Positions 12,758 through 26,510 of a stretch of DNA of 64,000 nt are shown piece by piece. The DNA comes from Leucoraja ocellata (lineage: Eukaryota). The notes beneath the pieces were generated by a model. That model worked only from the letters and a program-made list of their open reading frames with translations, ran no database searches and was not told the origin of the DNA. Both the position numbers and the translations under genes were made by a program. Location: positions 3,224,001 through 3,288,000 of the forward strand of contig JAWMAR010000015.1 in the NCBI GenBank assembly GCA_036785375.1, read 5' to 3'. The first letter of the stretch is position 1. Each line of letters opens with the position of its first letter.

Positions 12758-14375
12758 CCTGTAGTTGACAACAACCACACATAAAAACAGTCACTTGGGT
12801 AAGATGCCTTAGAAAGTGGCATCATCACATTTTTAAAAAATCAATGTTCTCAAAACATCAGAGGAAAAGTCAAGAGAACTACTGCTCTTTGAAATATGGG
12901 AATATATCAGCCTCCTCAAACATGTGCTGCCATTCAACAAGATCATGATCGATTCTTAAATACTTCCATTTCCATGCAAAATTCCAATCCATTTATCTTC
13001 TCAGTGCCTAAAATCTATCCACAAGCCTCTAAGATACAAAATCTAAAGATTTACTATACTGTGCAAATAAATTCCTCCTCATCCTAGTTCTCATCTCTTC
13101 AGCCTGAATCTTGAATGCTTCTGTGAGACTGCTTATTGATCTTTGCATTTTCAGCGAGTAAAGTCCAATCTTACGCAATTCCTTGTCACAAGATAACACT
13201 CTCATCCCAGTTATCAATCCACACTGCATTCAATCCAAAGCAAGTATATCCTTCCTTAGGTACGGGGACCAAAACTGCATACAACTCTCAAAGTGAGAGT
13301 TCACCAAAACTCAATAAATCTCAGCAAAGTTTCCTTTTGAAAGTCAACCCTTTTGAAATAAACATAGCATTTTCCTTCCCAGCTACTTACTATAGCTGAT
13401 TATTTTTACTGTACCTCATGCAACAGCAGTTTTCTGCCCTTTGACCAATATTTTGTCCATTTAATTCTCGCCCCCCCCCACCACTCCACAAATTCTTATT
13501 TGATCCAACAACCTCTTATTTGTTCCCACTTATCTTCTGCGCCCAGCTCAACTATTCGTTAGATATAGTCTTTCAAAAAATGTAAGATATTTTAATCACA
13601 TAGTTTTTACCTTTACAAAAATGTGTGATTCTTGCAAAAATCACATTATAATTTTCTGCCAATTGCAGTATTTTCCCAACAGATATAAGCCCAAATAGGC
13701 TTTATAAAAAAAATAAAAAATTATCTCCTTCACGCCTTAGATTTACTCCACTTCTGCTACATTTATTGTGCCTTCTTCACTGAAGACAAATACTATTTTT
13801 ATTCAATGTCTCAGGCAAATGTTTTACACTTCATGACAGAATTTACATCTGTTGGGAATTTACAAATATTTCATTAAATCTTTCATTAGCTTTTGACCGA
13901 TGAAGCTCTTAATCTAATTCCCCAATCTACTTTAGCCAAAGGACCTATGTAATTTACCTTATTTAAGTTCAAAGATTGATTTCCAGCAGATTAGTCTCTG
14001 GAACTGGATACAAATTCTATAATTTTGTGATTACATTTCCCTACAAAATCCTGTACTACGAGATTACTAATCAAGCTTACCTCATTATATTAGGTAAGTT
14101 CTTAGACACTGCTCCCTAGTTTCCATCTGTAACAATATATTATAAGAATGGTCTTGAATATATTAATGTAATTAATCCTCCAAACTAACTTTGCCAATTC
14201 AATTTTCTCTCAATATATAATTAAATTGTCATTTGTGGCCATGGAAACAAGTTTAAGCCAAAATCTTATCAGAAACAACAATCACTTAAGTTTAACAAGG
14301 TGATTGAGACAAATAAAATTTCTGGAAGGAAATCCTGTGGCTTCCACACCTACAGGCTGTACTAAGTCACTCTTA

Positions 14376-14896
14376 AGGGGCTGTCCCACAGCAGTGACCT
14401 AATCCGCGAGTTCAGAAGAGTTTACCCTCGACTCATACTTGCAGCATGGTCGACACGAGGTCCTAGGAGGTCTTTGTAACTCTCCTTCATGCTCGAGAGT
14501 AGTCCCCACGTACTCGAGGCCTCAGCTAGGTTGCGGCGTATTTTTCAACATGCTGAAAAACGCCCGCGAGTAAGAAAAGGTCGCCATGGAAATAAATCAA
14601 TATTTTTTTACTCGTAGGTTTAATCGAAGTAGGTCATAGTAGGTCGGCATGTTATTCGTAGGTAATCAAGAGTAGTCGAAGGTAATCGAAGGTAGTTGTA
14701 GATAGTCTTCAACATAGTCGAAGGAGATCGTCTTCACTCTCCACTATTCGGTGTCCAATTTTCCCGAAGCTGGTCGAAGTTAATCTTCAACATAGTCGAA
14801 GGAGGTCGTCTACATAATCGAAGGAGGTCGTCTACATGACAAATTTTCGAACTCTCCTAAACTCGCCAATTAGGTCGCCGCAGTGGGACAAGCCCT
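14376..14896. mobile_element. PIF/Harbinger-like MITE, family A
   Basis: TIRs aggggctgtcccac / gtgggacaagccct, TTA on both flanks (14373-14375, 14897-14899), internal gtcgaaggag repeats. Confidence 0.85.
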
Positions 14897-15557
14897 TTAG
14901 TCTCCAACCCATCACATACTTTTGTTCTCACCACTCCTCCTTTGAAAGCCTCTTTGTTTTCTGTTTCTAGATCTGATGAAAGATCCTCAACCTAAAACAC
15001 TCTTTGTCTTTCAGCCAACTGAATATTTCCAGCATTTTCTTCTTATATTTCAGATACTCAGCATCTGCAATTTTTGTTTTTTTATTGCAGGTACTGGTTT
15101 TATTTCAGTGATGGGCTAGTTGAGTCATTTGCAATGCTCTTGTATCACACTGCTATATTATCATGGGATCAGCATGATTTTGAAATAAAAAGGTCCCATC
15201 TCATCAACTTAGTTAAATTATTTTCTAAAACTAAAACAATCTTGGAAATTGAATACTCAGTCAATATTGTGTACATGGAATTTCAAAGTCTTGAATAAAA
15301 CACTACTTGGAAGGGATTGGGCAAGCTGCCATGGCAGCAATGTTAAATTGAGCAATGCAAACTGACATGAGGTTGAGCTTGAATCTATATTTAAATTGTA
15401 TAAGGTTAGCACTTATAAAGGTTAAACTTTGATCCCATACCCCTGATGATTCACGATGGCTACACAGGAGAAAATTTATATGAAAGGTTTCAGTGACCTC
15501 TTGGAGTTCTTCTATTACCTTGAATGGGAGAAATTTCAGAAAGTTTCTTTCTTAAAG

Positions 15558-15884
15558 CACGGGAGGCACGTTGGAGCAGTGGTAGAGTTGCTGCCTTACA
15601 GCGCTTGCAGTGTCGGAGACCCGGGATCGATCCCGACAATGGGTGCTGTCTAGACGGAGTTTGTACGTTCTCCCTGTGACCTGCGTAGTTTTATCCAAGA
15701 TCATCGGCTTCCTCCCACATTCCAAAGACCTACAGGTTTGTAGGTTAATTGGTTTGGTAAATGTAAAAATTGCCCCTTGTGTGTGTGTATGTGGGATAGT
15801 GTTAATATGCAGGGATCGCTGGTCCCCGCTGGTGAGCCGAAGGGCCTATTTACGTGCTGTATTTCTAAACTAAACTAAACTAAA
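15558..15884 (+). mobile_element. tRNA-derived V-SINE (HE1-like)
   Basis: A box tggagcagtgg, B box ggatcgatccc, (ctaaa)n tail. Confidence 0.9.
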
Positions 15885-16194
15885 GCAATCAACTGTATTT
15901 TGTTCATCTAATCCCATCCTACTCCTTGGTGGGCTGGGGAATACTGTGGAGGAACTAATGAAAACTTTCCTTTGTTATACATTTGGATGAAATAAAATTA
16001 TTAATGCTTTCATCTCCTTAAATTAAACTATAACGGAGATACAATCGACAAAGGTTCAAAGGCAGTTCTTGTGCTTCAAGGCCTTGAAACAAATCTTTCC
16101 TGGAACAGGCTTTTATATTAGGGTCAAAGTGGACTTTTTTGATGCTGAGGGGCTAAGTAACCTGGCTCTTAATTCTCTGTGAACGAAATAATAC

Positions 16195-16289
16195 CTTTCA
16201 AAAAGTCTTGCAACCAAGTGCAAAGCCCACTTCTTACACTTCCACCATACCAGTTCAGGCCGGTCATCTTCATCCACTTGCAAGGTTTC
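16195..16289 (-). CDS. IPO8: Importin-8 exon 7 ([32 protein letters not shown])
   Basis: cag/gtatt boundaries, 95 nt; [11 protein letters not shown] is IPO8-type (IPO7 has ELPWW). Confidence 0.95.
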
Positions 16290-17009
16290 CTGCAAATATA
16301 ACAAACCAATTATTACTTGTTTAATTCCTTCTGGTGCACTGCACTTAGTTAATTGCCACAATAATATTATCATTAAATCAGAACACATTGAAAGGCACTG
16401 CAAACTTTCAATGCACTTAATCTCATATCAAGTAATACACCATTTCAAGCTATGAGAATTCTCACCTCTAATTTCTGACTGATATTAAATATTACACTAT
16501 CACTACATTTCTAGGATTATAATGTAAATAACTTGTGTCAATTGCAATGTAATTCTGCAATGGAATTGTAATTAGATGAAAATACTTCAATGTTATGCAA
16601 TGCGTGCAATTCGTAACATCAACATGCGACTCCTAACCACACTGTGATAACTCTGCTCCTATTAAGACCTTATCTCAATAAATATACAAAGGTGGGTAAA
16701 CAGTTGAAAGGTGGAAGAGCTCAAACATTCAAATGGTCTAGTCTTGCTCATGTTTCCAGAGTGGTGTAGTGGTGATGAGCTCAAAACACATTTTGCAAGC
16801 ACAAGCCTGATTGGGGAAACAGTATTTATATCTGTACTGTTAGGTGCAAATGCAGACATAGTTTCACATGTTTAACATTATACTGTGTGAAAATCACCCT
16901 GGGGAAAACACACAAGATGTATTATAGGCTTTTGTAGGTATAGATATCAGATTTTAAATTAATTCCCGAACTTCTCAACTAGTTTGAGCGGGGCATTTAC
17001 AAACCCATC

Positions 17010-18737
17010 ATATTACTTATTCTTGGACCATGACCCCACAGACGAGCACCAGGCCACTATCTCTAACACTATCACTGACTTCATCACTTCCGGCTCCCTA
17101 CACTCCCAAGCCTCCAACCTCATCGTTCCCCAGCCCTGCATGGCCCGATTTTACCTTCTCCCCAAAATCCACAAACCTGACTGTCCTGGCAGACCCATTG
17201 TTTCTGCCTGTTCGTGCCCCACCAAACTTATTTCCACATACCTCGACTCCATCCTATCCTCCCTGATTAAATCCCTTCCTACCTATGTTCAAGACACCTC
17301 ACACACTCTTCGTCTCCTCCACGACTTCCGTTTTCTTGGCCCCCATTCTCTCATCCTCACCATGGATGTCCAGTCACTCTACACCTCCATCTTAAAGCCC
17401 TCTGTTTCTTCCTCGACCACAGAACCAACCAATCCCCGTCTACTGATACTCTCCTCTGCCTAGCGGAGCTGGTCCTTACCCTTAACAATCTCCGTTTGAC
17501 TCCTCCCATTTCCTCCAAATCCAAGGCGTAGCTATGGGCACGGGCATGGGCCCAAGCTATGCCTGCATCTTTGTAGGGTATGTTGAACAATCCTTGTACG
17601 AGGTGTACCATGGCCCTATCCCCAAACTTTACCTTCGCTACATCGACGACTGCATTGGTGCTACCTCCTGCACCCATACAGAACTCACTGACTTCATCCA
17701 TTTCACCACTAATTTCCATCCGGTACACTGCTTCCCACCCTGCTTTCTGTAAGGACTCCATCCCCTACTCCCAATTCCTCCGTCTACGCCGCATCTGCAC
17801 CCAGGATGAGGTGTTCCACACCAGGGCATCGGAGATGTCCTCATCCTTTATGGAAACGGGGGGTTCCCCTCTTCTACTATAGATGAGGCTCTCACCAGGG
17901 TCTCTTCTATACCCCGTAACTCTGCTCTCACTCCCTACCCCCCCCCCCCCTCACCTTCCACCCAACCAGCCGTCACATACAACAAATAATCCTCCAACAT
18001 TTTTGCAACCTCCAACGGGATCCCACCACTGGCCACATCTTTCCATCTCTTCCCCTTTCGGCTTTCCGCAGAGACCGCTCGCTCCGCAACTCCCTGCTAA
18101 TTTGTCCCTTCCCACCCAAACCACCCCCTCTCCAGGCACTTTCCCTTGCAACCGCAGGAAATGCTACTCTTGTCGCTTTACCTCCCCCCCTCGATTCCAT
18201 TCAAGGACCCAAGCAGTCTTTCCAGGTGCGGCAGAGGTTCACCTGCACCTCCTCCAACCTCATCTATTGCATCCGCTGCTCTACATCGGTGAGACCAAGT
18301 GTAGGCTTGGCGATCGCTTCGCCCAACACCTCCGCTCGATTCACACTAACCAACCTGACCTCCCGATGGATCAGCACTTCAACTCCCCCTCACATTCCGA
18401 ATCCGACCTTTCTGTCCTGGGCCTCCTCCATGGCCAGAGTGAGGCCCACCGTAAATTGGAGGAGCAGCACCTCATATTTCGCTTGGGTAGTTTACACCCC
18501 AGCGGTATGAACATTGATTTCAGGTAGTCCCTGCTTTCTCCTTCCTTCCCCTCCCCATCCCAGCTATCCCACAGCCCACTGTCTCCGCCTCTTCCCTTCT
18601 TCTTCCTGCCCCCCACCTCCCTCCCCCCCCCCCCCCACATAAATCTGAAGAATGATCTTGACCCGAAATGTCGCCTATTTCCTTCGCTCCATAGATGCTG
18701 CCTCACCCGCTGAGTTTCTCCAGCATTTTTATCTACC
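17010..18737 (+). mobile_element. 5'-truncated Penelope-like retroelement (RT plus GIY-YIG endonuclease, frameshifted) with 3' terminal repeat
   Basis: FYLLPKIHKPDCPGRPIVS, MDVQSLYTSI, MGTGMGPSYAC, YLRYIDDC (RT); NLIYCIRC...YIGETKCRLGDRFAQH (GIY-YIG). Confidence 0.92.
18645..18672 (+). ncRNA. Degenerate minimal hammerhead-ribozyme-like motif in the Penelope terminal repeat
   Basis: CTGAAGA (18645-18651), mutated stem II, GAAA (18665-18668), GTC (18670-18672). Confidence 0.5.
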
Positions 18738-19263
18738 TATAATTTTCATGCAGATGTGTCCCCATTCCTGAAAGACTTTTTAAGAAAATGTTTTCTGGCC
18801 ATCATAAATTTTATTTCCAAATTGTTTGAATCGTTAATTCTGTTTCCAAAATGGTTACTATTAATCTGCAATGAATAAAAGTCTTTTTTTGGCAATCGAC
18901 TGATATCGTCACTTACGTGTCCAAAGTTCAAAGATATCTCAGCTAATTTAATGGGTACAGGAAGTTCCTGTATGATGAAAATGTCTGGGATTTTGTAACC
19001 ATACTGAGCTCATATTTCTCATGGCAAATTAAATAGACCAAAGACCTTTAATAACCAGGATTATGCCATGAGACAAAAAGATGAATAGGTTATATGAAAT
19101 ATGCATAAAGGCACACATGAACACATTCAACTGCAGAAGCAACAGATACATAACTGCGGAAAAGAGAGAGTGAAAGAATGAGAATTATTTTTCTTGACAA
19201 TATATCTAATGAACTGAAAATACATTCAATCCAACCAAATAAACATACAAAATGAACACTTAC

Positions 19264-19353
19264 AGGAGGTACATCTCGGTCAATGATTGTTCTAAATATC
19301 TCCATCCATTGAGTCATGGTTTGTTTATTTACCAGTTGTAGTGGTAGTGCATA
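19264..19353 (-). CDS. IPO8: Importin-8 exon 6 ([30 protein letters not shown])
   Basis: tag/gtaag boundaries, 90 nt. Confidence 0.95.
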
Positions 19354-20309
19354 CTAGAAAGGAGAAGCAAGAGAGATAACCTAGGAGAAAAGATCTCCAA
19401 AGAAAAGAGAAATGTCAGAAATTGTCAGTTACAAATACAGTCTTTTCCATTAATTTAGTTTATGTTTAATAAGAAGTTCATTAAGTTTCACTCAAAATGA
19501 TAGATTCAATAATAGTTTTCCACTACTTAGAGCCAAAATGAATGATCTAAAGAATAGTGTAACTTATTAATGGGAATGGAAAACACCTTTGGAAAAATTG
19601 CTTGATGAGGTTTATTTTCCACATCTCTTCCCACAGGAAAATATATTAGATTATTTCTAAGAAATTGAACAGCGAACAGGAAGCTGCAGGATGCAGTAAT
19701 GAATGTCATCTTTTAATAACAGGTTAGATAGCTGTTCGAGGAAAAAAGAAAGAAAGAAGGGATGCAGGTAGTTACATGAGACTAACACTGCCTTGGTAGA
19801 ATAACGCTAGCAATACAGAAATAGCACAACTCTGTGCAGCTCTACATAATTAGCAGTTTCACCATTTTCAGTCTGCTTGAAATCATCCAATTTTAAACCT
19901 GCCAAGATTTAAGGGCAACTACTTTTCAAGTTCCTTCTGCGGAGAAAAAAAAGAGATGGCAAGGAAATGGGAGTAAATTTCCGCTAAAACTGAATTTTGT
20001 ACACAGATTGAAAATTATTTCCTTACCATAGCTTCTTCACTTGGACTTGGAATAAAATATTTTTGTGGGACCAGGGTTTTGTGTGTTTGACTTGCACAAA
20101 TGTATAGAAAAACATTATATTGCACATGGAAGATGCCCTGTTACAGCAGTACTTTTTCAAAGTCTCAACAAATAGCTGGTCCTCCCAAACACTGACTTCA
20201 ATAGTACAGTTAGTCCCCATATCATATTTTACTTTAAAATAAACGTTAATTTCAGTCCCCTTACCCCCTTTATCTCTCTGTTGAATTTTCTCCCTCACAT
20301 TGTTTCAAC

Positions 20310-20480
20310 CTTTCCAGCACCCACCTAACTAGGGCAATTTCCAATGGTCAATTACACAAGCTGCATATCTTTAGGACATGGGCATCTGGATGGGTGAAAG
20401 GGAGAAGCCATGCGGTCATATGAAGAACATGCAAACTCCACATATGCAAGTCGCTGGAGATGTGGATGCTGCAGCATGAA
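20310..20480 (-). mobile_element. Old V-SINE remnant
   Basis: agaacatgcaaactccaca is the reverse complement of the V-SINE core tgtggagtttgcatgttct. Confidence 0.55.
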
Positions 20481-21526
20481 CTGCAGTAACATTGCTACAT
20501 CATAACATGCTTGAAATGCTATACCCTATCCCAGCTCCACAGATAAAGTTGAATTCTATCAAGCTTCATAATAATATTGTATAGGTATAAGGCTAAATAA
20601 AATAAGTGTAGAGAATTACATTCGCATTCCTGTGGACAAGGATGCACTTCCACTCAAATAACCTATCAGCTGCAAGATGATAAACTGGGTCGAGTACCAA
20701 AACATCAAAAAGAATCAGAGCCTTTAAAAGAATTGCAACAGAATTGTTGCTCATAGTGCAAAGATGACAAAAAAGTGCTTCTCAGACACATTCCTTTGAA
20801 ATATTATCACTCGAATGTTGTAGGAAACATGACAGCCAATTTCAACACAAGGACCCGCAAATAATAAAATGAATGGATAAGGGCTGTAGACACAGAATAA
20901 CAATGGTTTGTAATGATTCATATATTGATGCAGAAGCTGGAAATGAGGCCACACCGAGGTCCACATCAGAACATTTAAAACCATTATTAAAATCTGGTAT
21001 TAATAAAGTTAAAAATTAACTTGAAGATGTGGAGATTATCGGCAAAGTAGAAAGTCAATGTTCTTCCATGAAATGTCAATTCATTTGAAACATAATTTAT
21101 ATTTTTCCCTTTTGCTGGTATGTTATCCCAATTGACAAAATTTGTTGAATTCACAGACTGATTCTTAACATTTCAATGCGATTAAGTAGTTTACCAGATC
21201 AGTTCAAAGGGCATTTAGAGAGTCACAGATCGGTGTCTTAGTCTAGTCTATTTTTCTTCCCGGATCAATAAGGTAATCATAAGTTGGGGTTACTTCTACT
21301 AACGTCAGTAGTTTACTTTCAGAGAAATTCAAGTTAGGAAACCGTCATGATAGGGTTTGCTTCCTGACCTTCTAGTTGAGCAATAATGTTACTAAATTAC
21401 CAACAATCCATTTCCCAACCTTTAAATCAGACCAACATACATAAACAACCTGATTAAGTGAAGATACATAAGAATCATCTTAGTGATTTACAAATATTAG
21501 CTTTACTATCCTGGATGTGTTCATAC

Positions 21527-21683
21527 CTGAACAAGTGCATAGAAGATTTTTAGGATCTGTTTCTGTATCAGCACAGAAAGTTGGCTTGAGTCAGGCAAAA
21601 GTTGAAATATTTTCTGCTGAATTCGTGGTAAAAATATTTGCATCGCTGCTATCAAAGGATCTCGCTCCTCTGCCTTCTTGAAC
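21527..21683 (-). CDS. IPO8: Importin-8 exon 5 ([52 protein letters not shown])
   Basis: cag/gtatg boundaries, 157 nt. Confidence 0.95.
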
Positions 21684-22290
21684 CTGAAAAATTACATTGA
21701 AATTTGTGATTCAGCATCAAGTACACAGACAGTAGAATTAAAAGAAGAAACAACTTACTACGCCTATTCTCAAATGTGCAAGATACAGAGAGAAAAAATA
21801 CAGTCCATTGTCAGTAGGGCGAGTAATGTGAAAATAGTGAATGATGTGCCGATGCTCAATTGCTTTGTCAGCTGGGTAATATCAATCATCTCCAAACCCC
21901 TCATAATTCACGTTGAATTTATTATACAGCCTGCTTTTGCCTCTGTTCAAATCTCAGGGCATTACTTTTTTCAATTATTGTGTCATATATAGTTTATATA
22001 GTTTGTCATCAGCAATGCCACAAGAAGTCCACTTTTTTTCGAGGAAAATGTTGCAAGATCCTGCTGCACGAGACTTGCAGCTAACATTACGTCAGGGAGA
22101 AAAAACAAAACTTTATTAAGCCTATAGTTTCAATGTTTGAATTTGTTGTTGTACATGGTATTAAAAGCTAAATTTCAAATAATATTGTTCTGCAAATCGA
22201 ACTATTACATACAAAATAAATAGCTCGATTGTCTATATTCTAGACTTTAACATTGCTTTTTTAAAAAGATGTGATTTTGCATTAAAGATT

Positions 22291-23109
22291 TCAATTTAAT
22301 TTTAATTTAATTCAATTTAATTGTCATTTGGACCCCTTGAGGTCCAAACGAAATGCCGTTTCTGCAGCCATACATTACAAACAAATAGACTCAAGACACA
22401 ACATAATTAACATTTTACATAAACATCCATCACATCGCTGTGATGGAAGGCCAAAAAAACTTATCTCTCCACTGCACTCTTCCCCCCCCCCCCCCCCCCC
22501 CCACCCCATGTCAGAGTCAAAGTCAAAGCCCCCGGCTGGCGATGGCGATTGTCCCGCGGCCATTAAAGCCACGCCGGGTGATGCAAGGTCGCACACCGGG
22601 TCTTGGTGTTAGAGCCCCCGGCGTGCGCTCGCAGAGTCCCGCGGCCATTCCAAGCCGCGCGGGGCAGTGATGTCAGGCCCCACTCCAGGAGCTCTTCGAC
22701 CCCGCAACTCGGGCGGGAGAAGTCGCCGTTGCGAGAGCCCTGGAAAAGCGGTCTCCCTCCAGGGACCCGCGGGCTCCCGGTGCCGCCGTCCGCCAGACCC
22801 ACAGTTGCAGCCTCCGAATCTCCGGAGGTCGGGCCGCAGCAGCGCTCCACCACCGCTCCACCCGCTCCGGACTCGGCCAGCTCCGCGACGAGGTGAGTCG
22901 GCACCAGAGTCCCCGGTCTTCTCCTGTTGGAGGCCGCTCCATATTGCAGCCCCAACCGTGCAGGGAGAGATTTAAAAGTTACCCCCCCCACACACACACA
23001 CACACACACCCCAACAAAAAATAACAAAAACTACATAAAAACATAGACAAAAATAATAAAAACGCGGACGGGCTAGAGGCCGCTGCTGACGTGAGTCGCG
23101 CCGCCTACC
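22291..23109 (-). mobile_element. GC/CpG-rich non-autonomous retroelement with a Rex1-like 3' tail, in IPO8 intron 4
   Basis: Minus-strand 3' end aaatgacaattaaattgaattaaatt microsatellite tail; sharp GC contrast with flanks; no RT homology; possible agatt TSD. Confidence 0.65.
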
Positions 23110-23229
23110 AGATTCTACCACAGCAGCCTCCGTGCCTGCTCATTCATTTAGGCCCACCTTTATTTTTAGTTACATTTACAAAGATTCAGTCAGCATGCTG
23201 ACAAAAGCACACACATCATGAATACTCAC

Positions 23230-23388
23230 TCATAGGTCCTGACCAACTGGTATAGACACATCAGGCTGCCGAGCCAACTTGCGTTATTTGGAGATTGCAG
23301 GAAAAAGCCAATTTTGTCTACCACTGCCGTCCAACGTCCAGGGAAGTCGTATTTAATTATCGCACGAAGACACACAGCCAGCTGAGAC
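23230..23388 (-). CDS. IPO8: Importin-8 exon 4 ([53 protein letters not shown])
   Basis: aag/gtgag boundaries, 159 nt. Confidence 0.95.
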
Positions 23389-26300
23389 CTTTATACAAGA
23401 TATTTACATGCAAGTAAGTCAATCTTCTGCGTAGACATTTTCTAACTGTGCACCATTGAATACTTAAAAGTATTCAAGGAAGCACCACACATCCAAGTGA
23501 AAACTAGACAGCAACAGAATGCAGGACAAAAATCTCCACACGGCTCGAAAGGAGCATTTAATTCTCAGTTCAGTGAGGGCCAAGATGTTCGTGCTGGGTA
23601 TTGAACCTTTTTCTATTCTTAATGCTTCCTCGTGGTACTGTTGGAGGACGTGGGATAAATGGTGAAGACAGGGGCCAGAGAAAGATTTAAAATTATCAGA
23701 AGAGATTTTTTTTCTTTCACCATTGACTCATATTAACGCTGGAGCCATGGGAAGTTCAGGTAACTGCAAGTTTGTAGTTGCTGTGCTGCATGGGGCTAGT
23801 TCATCAACTTTCACAGAAAGACACAAAAAGGGTCAGCCATTGTCTTTATTAATTCAGAAAGCAACAGCTCCATTCCTTCAAACATTTAACAACCTCATTA
23901 ATGAAAGATTTTGTCTCCACTAGCTAGGTGTCTAATATAAGTGGTGATTTATTTTTGTAATTTTTGAGATTCTGCTCAAGATTTTACAGATTTCATTTGT
24001 GCTAGTGTAGTATAAAACTTTATTTTATTAATTTTAACATCAATTCCACATCCTTATTTACCTTAGTTGTGAACAATGTTGGCGAGCAGCCAGAGGGGCA
24101 GAGTTCATGGTTAACAGAACCCTTTGTGTGAAGAATGCTTCCGAATTCCACTCATAGTTTGCTCTAATTTTGTTCATTTGTTCCCGAGGAACATTTTGAC
24201 CATATCTATTCTATTACATTCCAATTTGATGTATTAATTACATTTATAGACATGAGAATCTGCATGTAGCTGCCTTATTTACCTTTTGATTACTATTCAA
24301 CCTCTTAAATTCAAAACTCTTAAGGCTTTCTGTCCCTCTGCTACAAACTCCCCTATGACAACTTTTAATTTTATAATTTTCAGGGAAATATTTCATTGGT
24401 CTTTCGAGCTTTCAATGATATATGCATGAGGACAGCCAAATACCTTTGCTGTGAGTTACTCACTGGAATTCGATGAGAAGTATAAGGTCATTAGGGAGCA
24501 GATTCATAAATAAAGTTGACTTAAAGAAATGGTAATCTTTTGGAGCTGAAAGAAAAAAAAATTTCAAGCCAACTTATTTGTTGTTTAATGTCTAGTAAAA
24601 TTGGCTTCTTTTAAACCTATAATTAAGGAAGTGTTTATTTCCATACCAAAATATGAGAAATTTTGCAACTCAGATTAATTGGGGAGTGGGGGTGTGGAAT
24701 GTCTTAAGTGTGCAAGTGAAGACTTCTTTAAAAAGTACTTTAGAGAGTATCATTTTCTAGCAGTTTAGTTTGTCCAAATAATTCACCTCAATTCTTCAAA
24801 CTAATTCAGGGAAGGGGGTTGAGTGGGGGAAAATTATTATTCTTATCAGTCTGAGATGAAAGAAAAAATGAGAAGATTCTTTAAAACAGTTGGACTAGAC
24901 AGACTAATATTTTAAATTCAAAATTAGAAATGTAATACAGAATTGAAGAAGTCTGAAATACTAGAAATCTGGAAACCACTTAAATCAAACAAAGTATGAT
25001 AATCAACTAACATTGGCCATTTTGGCATACCTTCATATTATGCTTCAATGTACAGGTAGATTATATCAATTGAATTGAGTGAGTAACCACTGTATTGGTA
25101 ACTATTTGGCCTCATCTCACATTGCATTGCTTAGTCTGTCTCCTGAGAATTGAAGAAATTAACATATAATAAAGTAAAACATGTATGCAGGACGTTACAA
25201 TCCCAGGTCAGATAAAAAAGATGCACAGCAACACAAAGTGCACAGAGGATGACTGCTACAAAATAAATTACAGCAGAAAATGTTGGAGACACTCATCAGG
25301 TTAGGCAACATCATAAAAAGAGAAGCATAGTTTGAATTTCTGATCAGAACTAGGAAAATGATTAAATAAGGTCATTTTAATTTGTCGTCATGAGGGACTT
25401 AATAGGATGAAGAAAATGTCTATGATGGGGCAAGACCAGATCAAATGGATCAATGGGACAGTTAAAGAGGAATTATACTTGCTTCTCTGCTTTATGTGCT
25501 GTACCATCAGGCTGTACAATTGGAGCAAGAAAAACTGTGCCAGAAACTGCATATCAATGACTAGTATTTAAAAGGGAGCTGGATAAATATCCAAAAGGAG
25601 GGAATGTGTAGGGTTTTGGAAGAAGAAAATTGGACTAACTGGATTGCTCCAGTTATGAGTCAAATTACCTAATTCCCTGCTGTGACTACTTTTAATTACC
25701 AATATTTTTTTGGCATGTACATTTTCTTGATCTAGCTACATAGAAAAAAAATATGCAGTGCACAATAGAACACCAGAATAGTTTAACAACTTAATTGCTG
25801 TTTTGATAGCTCATTTCCATTCCAAGCAGCATCAACAAAGAAAGATGTCTCACACAAGAAATAAAAAGGAATGTAATTACCATGGTCCACCTGGATAACA
25901 AATGTTGGGTTGTTTTGTATGACTTTGATTGCCCATAACTATTGCTTGCTATTGTAAAGGTTGAGGGCAGAAAACTAAATGAGAATGACTTGCATATGGA
26001 AAAAGTATCAACATGAACCAGACCTCTAATAAGTGTCATAGTTTTTTCAAGACTAAAGAAGAATCTCTCCACAAAGAAATATGAAAACAAGCCATTTGGG
26101 TCAACCTGACATTTTTTTTTTAAATCCTTCACATGACAATGAATCATGATTTAAAATCATGTATTCCTTTATTCAGATTTTCTCGAGTGATTCCTCTTGT
26201 CTAATAACCTTTAATAAACTTCTATTACATTCATTAATTCTAACCGAGAGAGGGTGGCAAGAGTGTAGAATTCACTCCTTCGGTATCTCTATGTTCTAAA

Positions 26301-26510
26301 TATTTTAGATTCAATCTACAATTTAGTCACCGCATTGCATACATCCTCACTCACTAGAAATCATCATTCTTTTCTGACCCATTTCTTTACAATTTTAAAT
26401 TGTCAAATCACTCCACTCTTCCTTGTCCTGGTTTTTAAAATGATTCTTCCTATTTCGCCATATTAGGTAGAATCATAGTGAATCAGAATGAACAAACTGA
26501 GGAAGGAATG

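Noticed and set aside
14660-14840. Short repeated units (gtcgaaggaggtcgtc) resembling a CRISPR array or minisatellite
   Set aside because: Irregular spacing, no unique spacers, eukaryotic context; these are internal repeats of a MITE also present at 59025-59509
15558-15650. tRNA-like sequence with A and B boxes (also at 12487, 54297, 56380, 63189)
   Set aside because: These are SINE heads followed by the V-SINE core and a LINE-derived tail, not tRNA genes
22328-23027. Several overlapping 70-154 aa ORFs in a GC-rich block; candidate IPO8 CpG-island promoter or novel gene
   Set aside because: The block lies inside IPO8 intron 4 and has a retroelement tail; the ORFs reflect stop-codon scarcity in GC-rich DNA and show no recognisable domain
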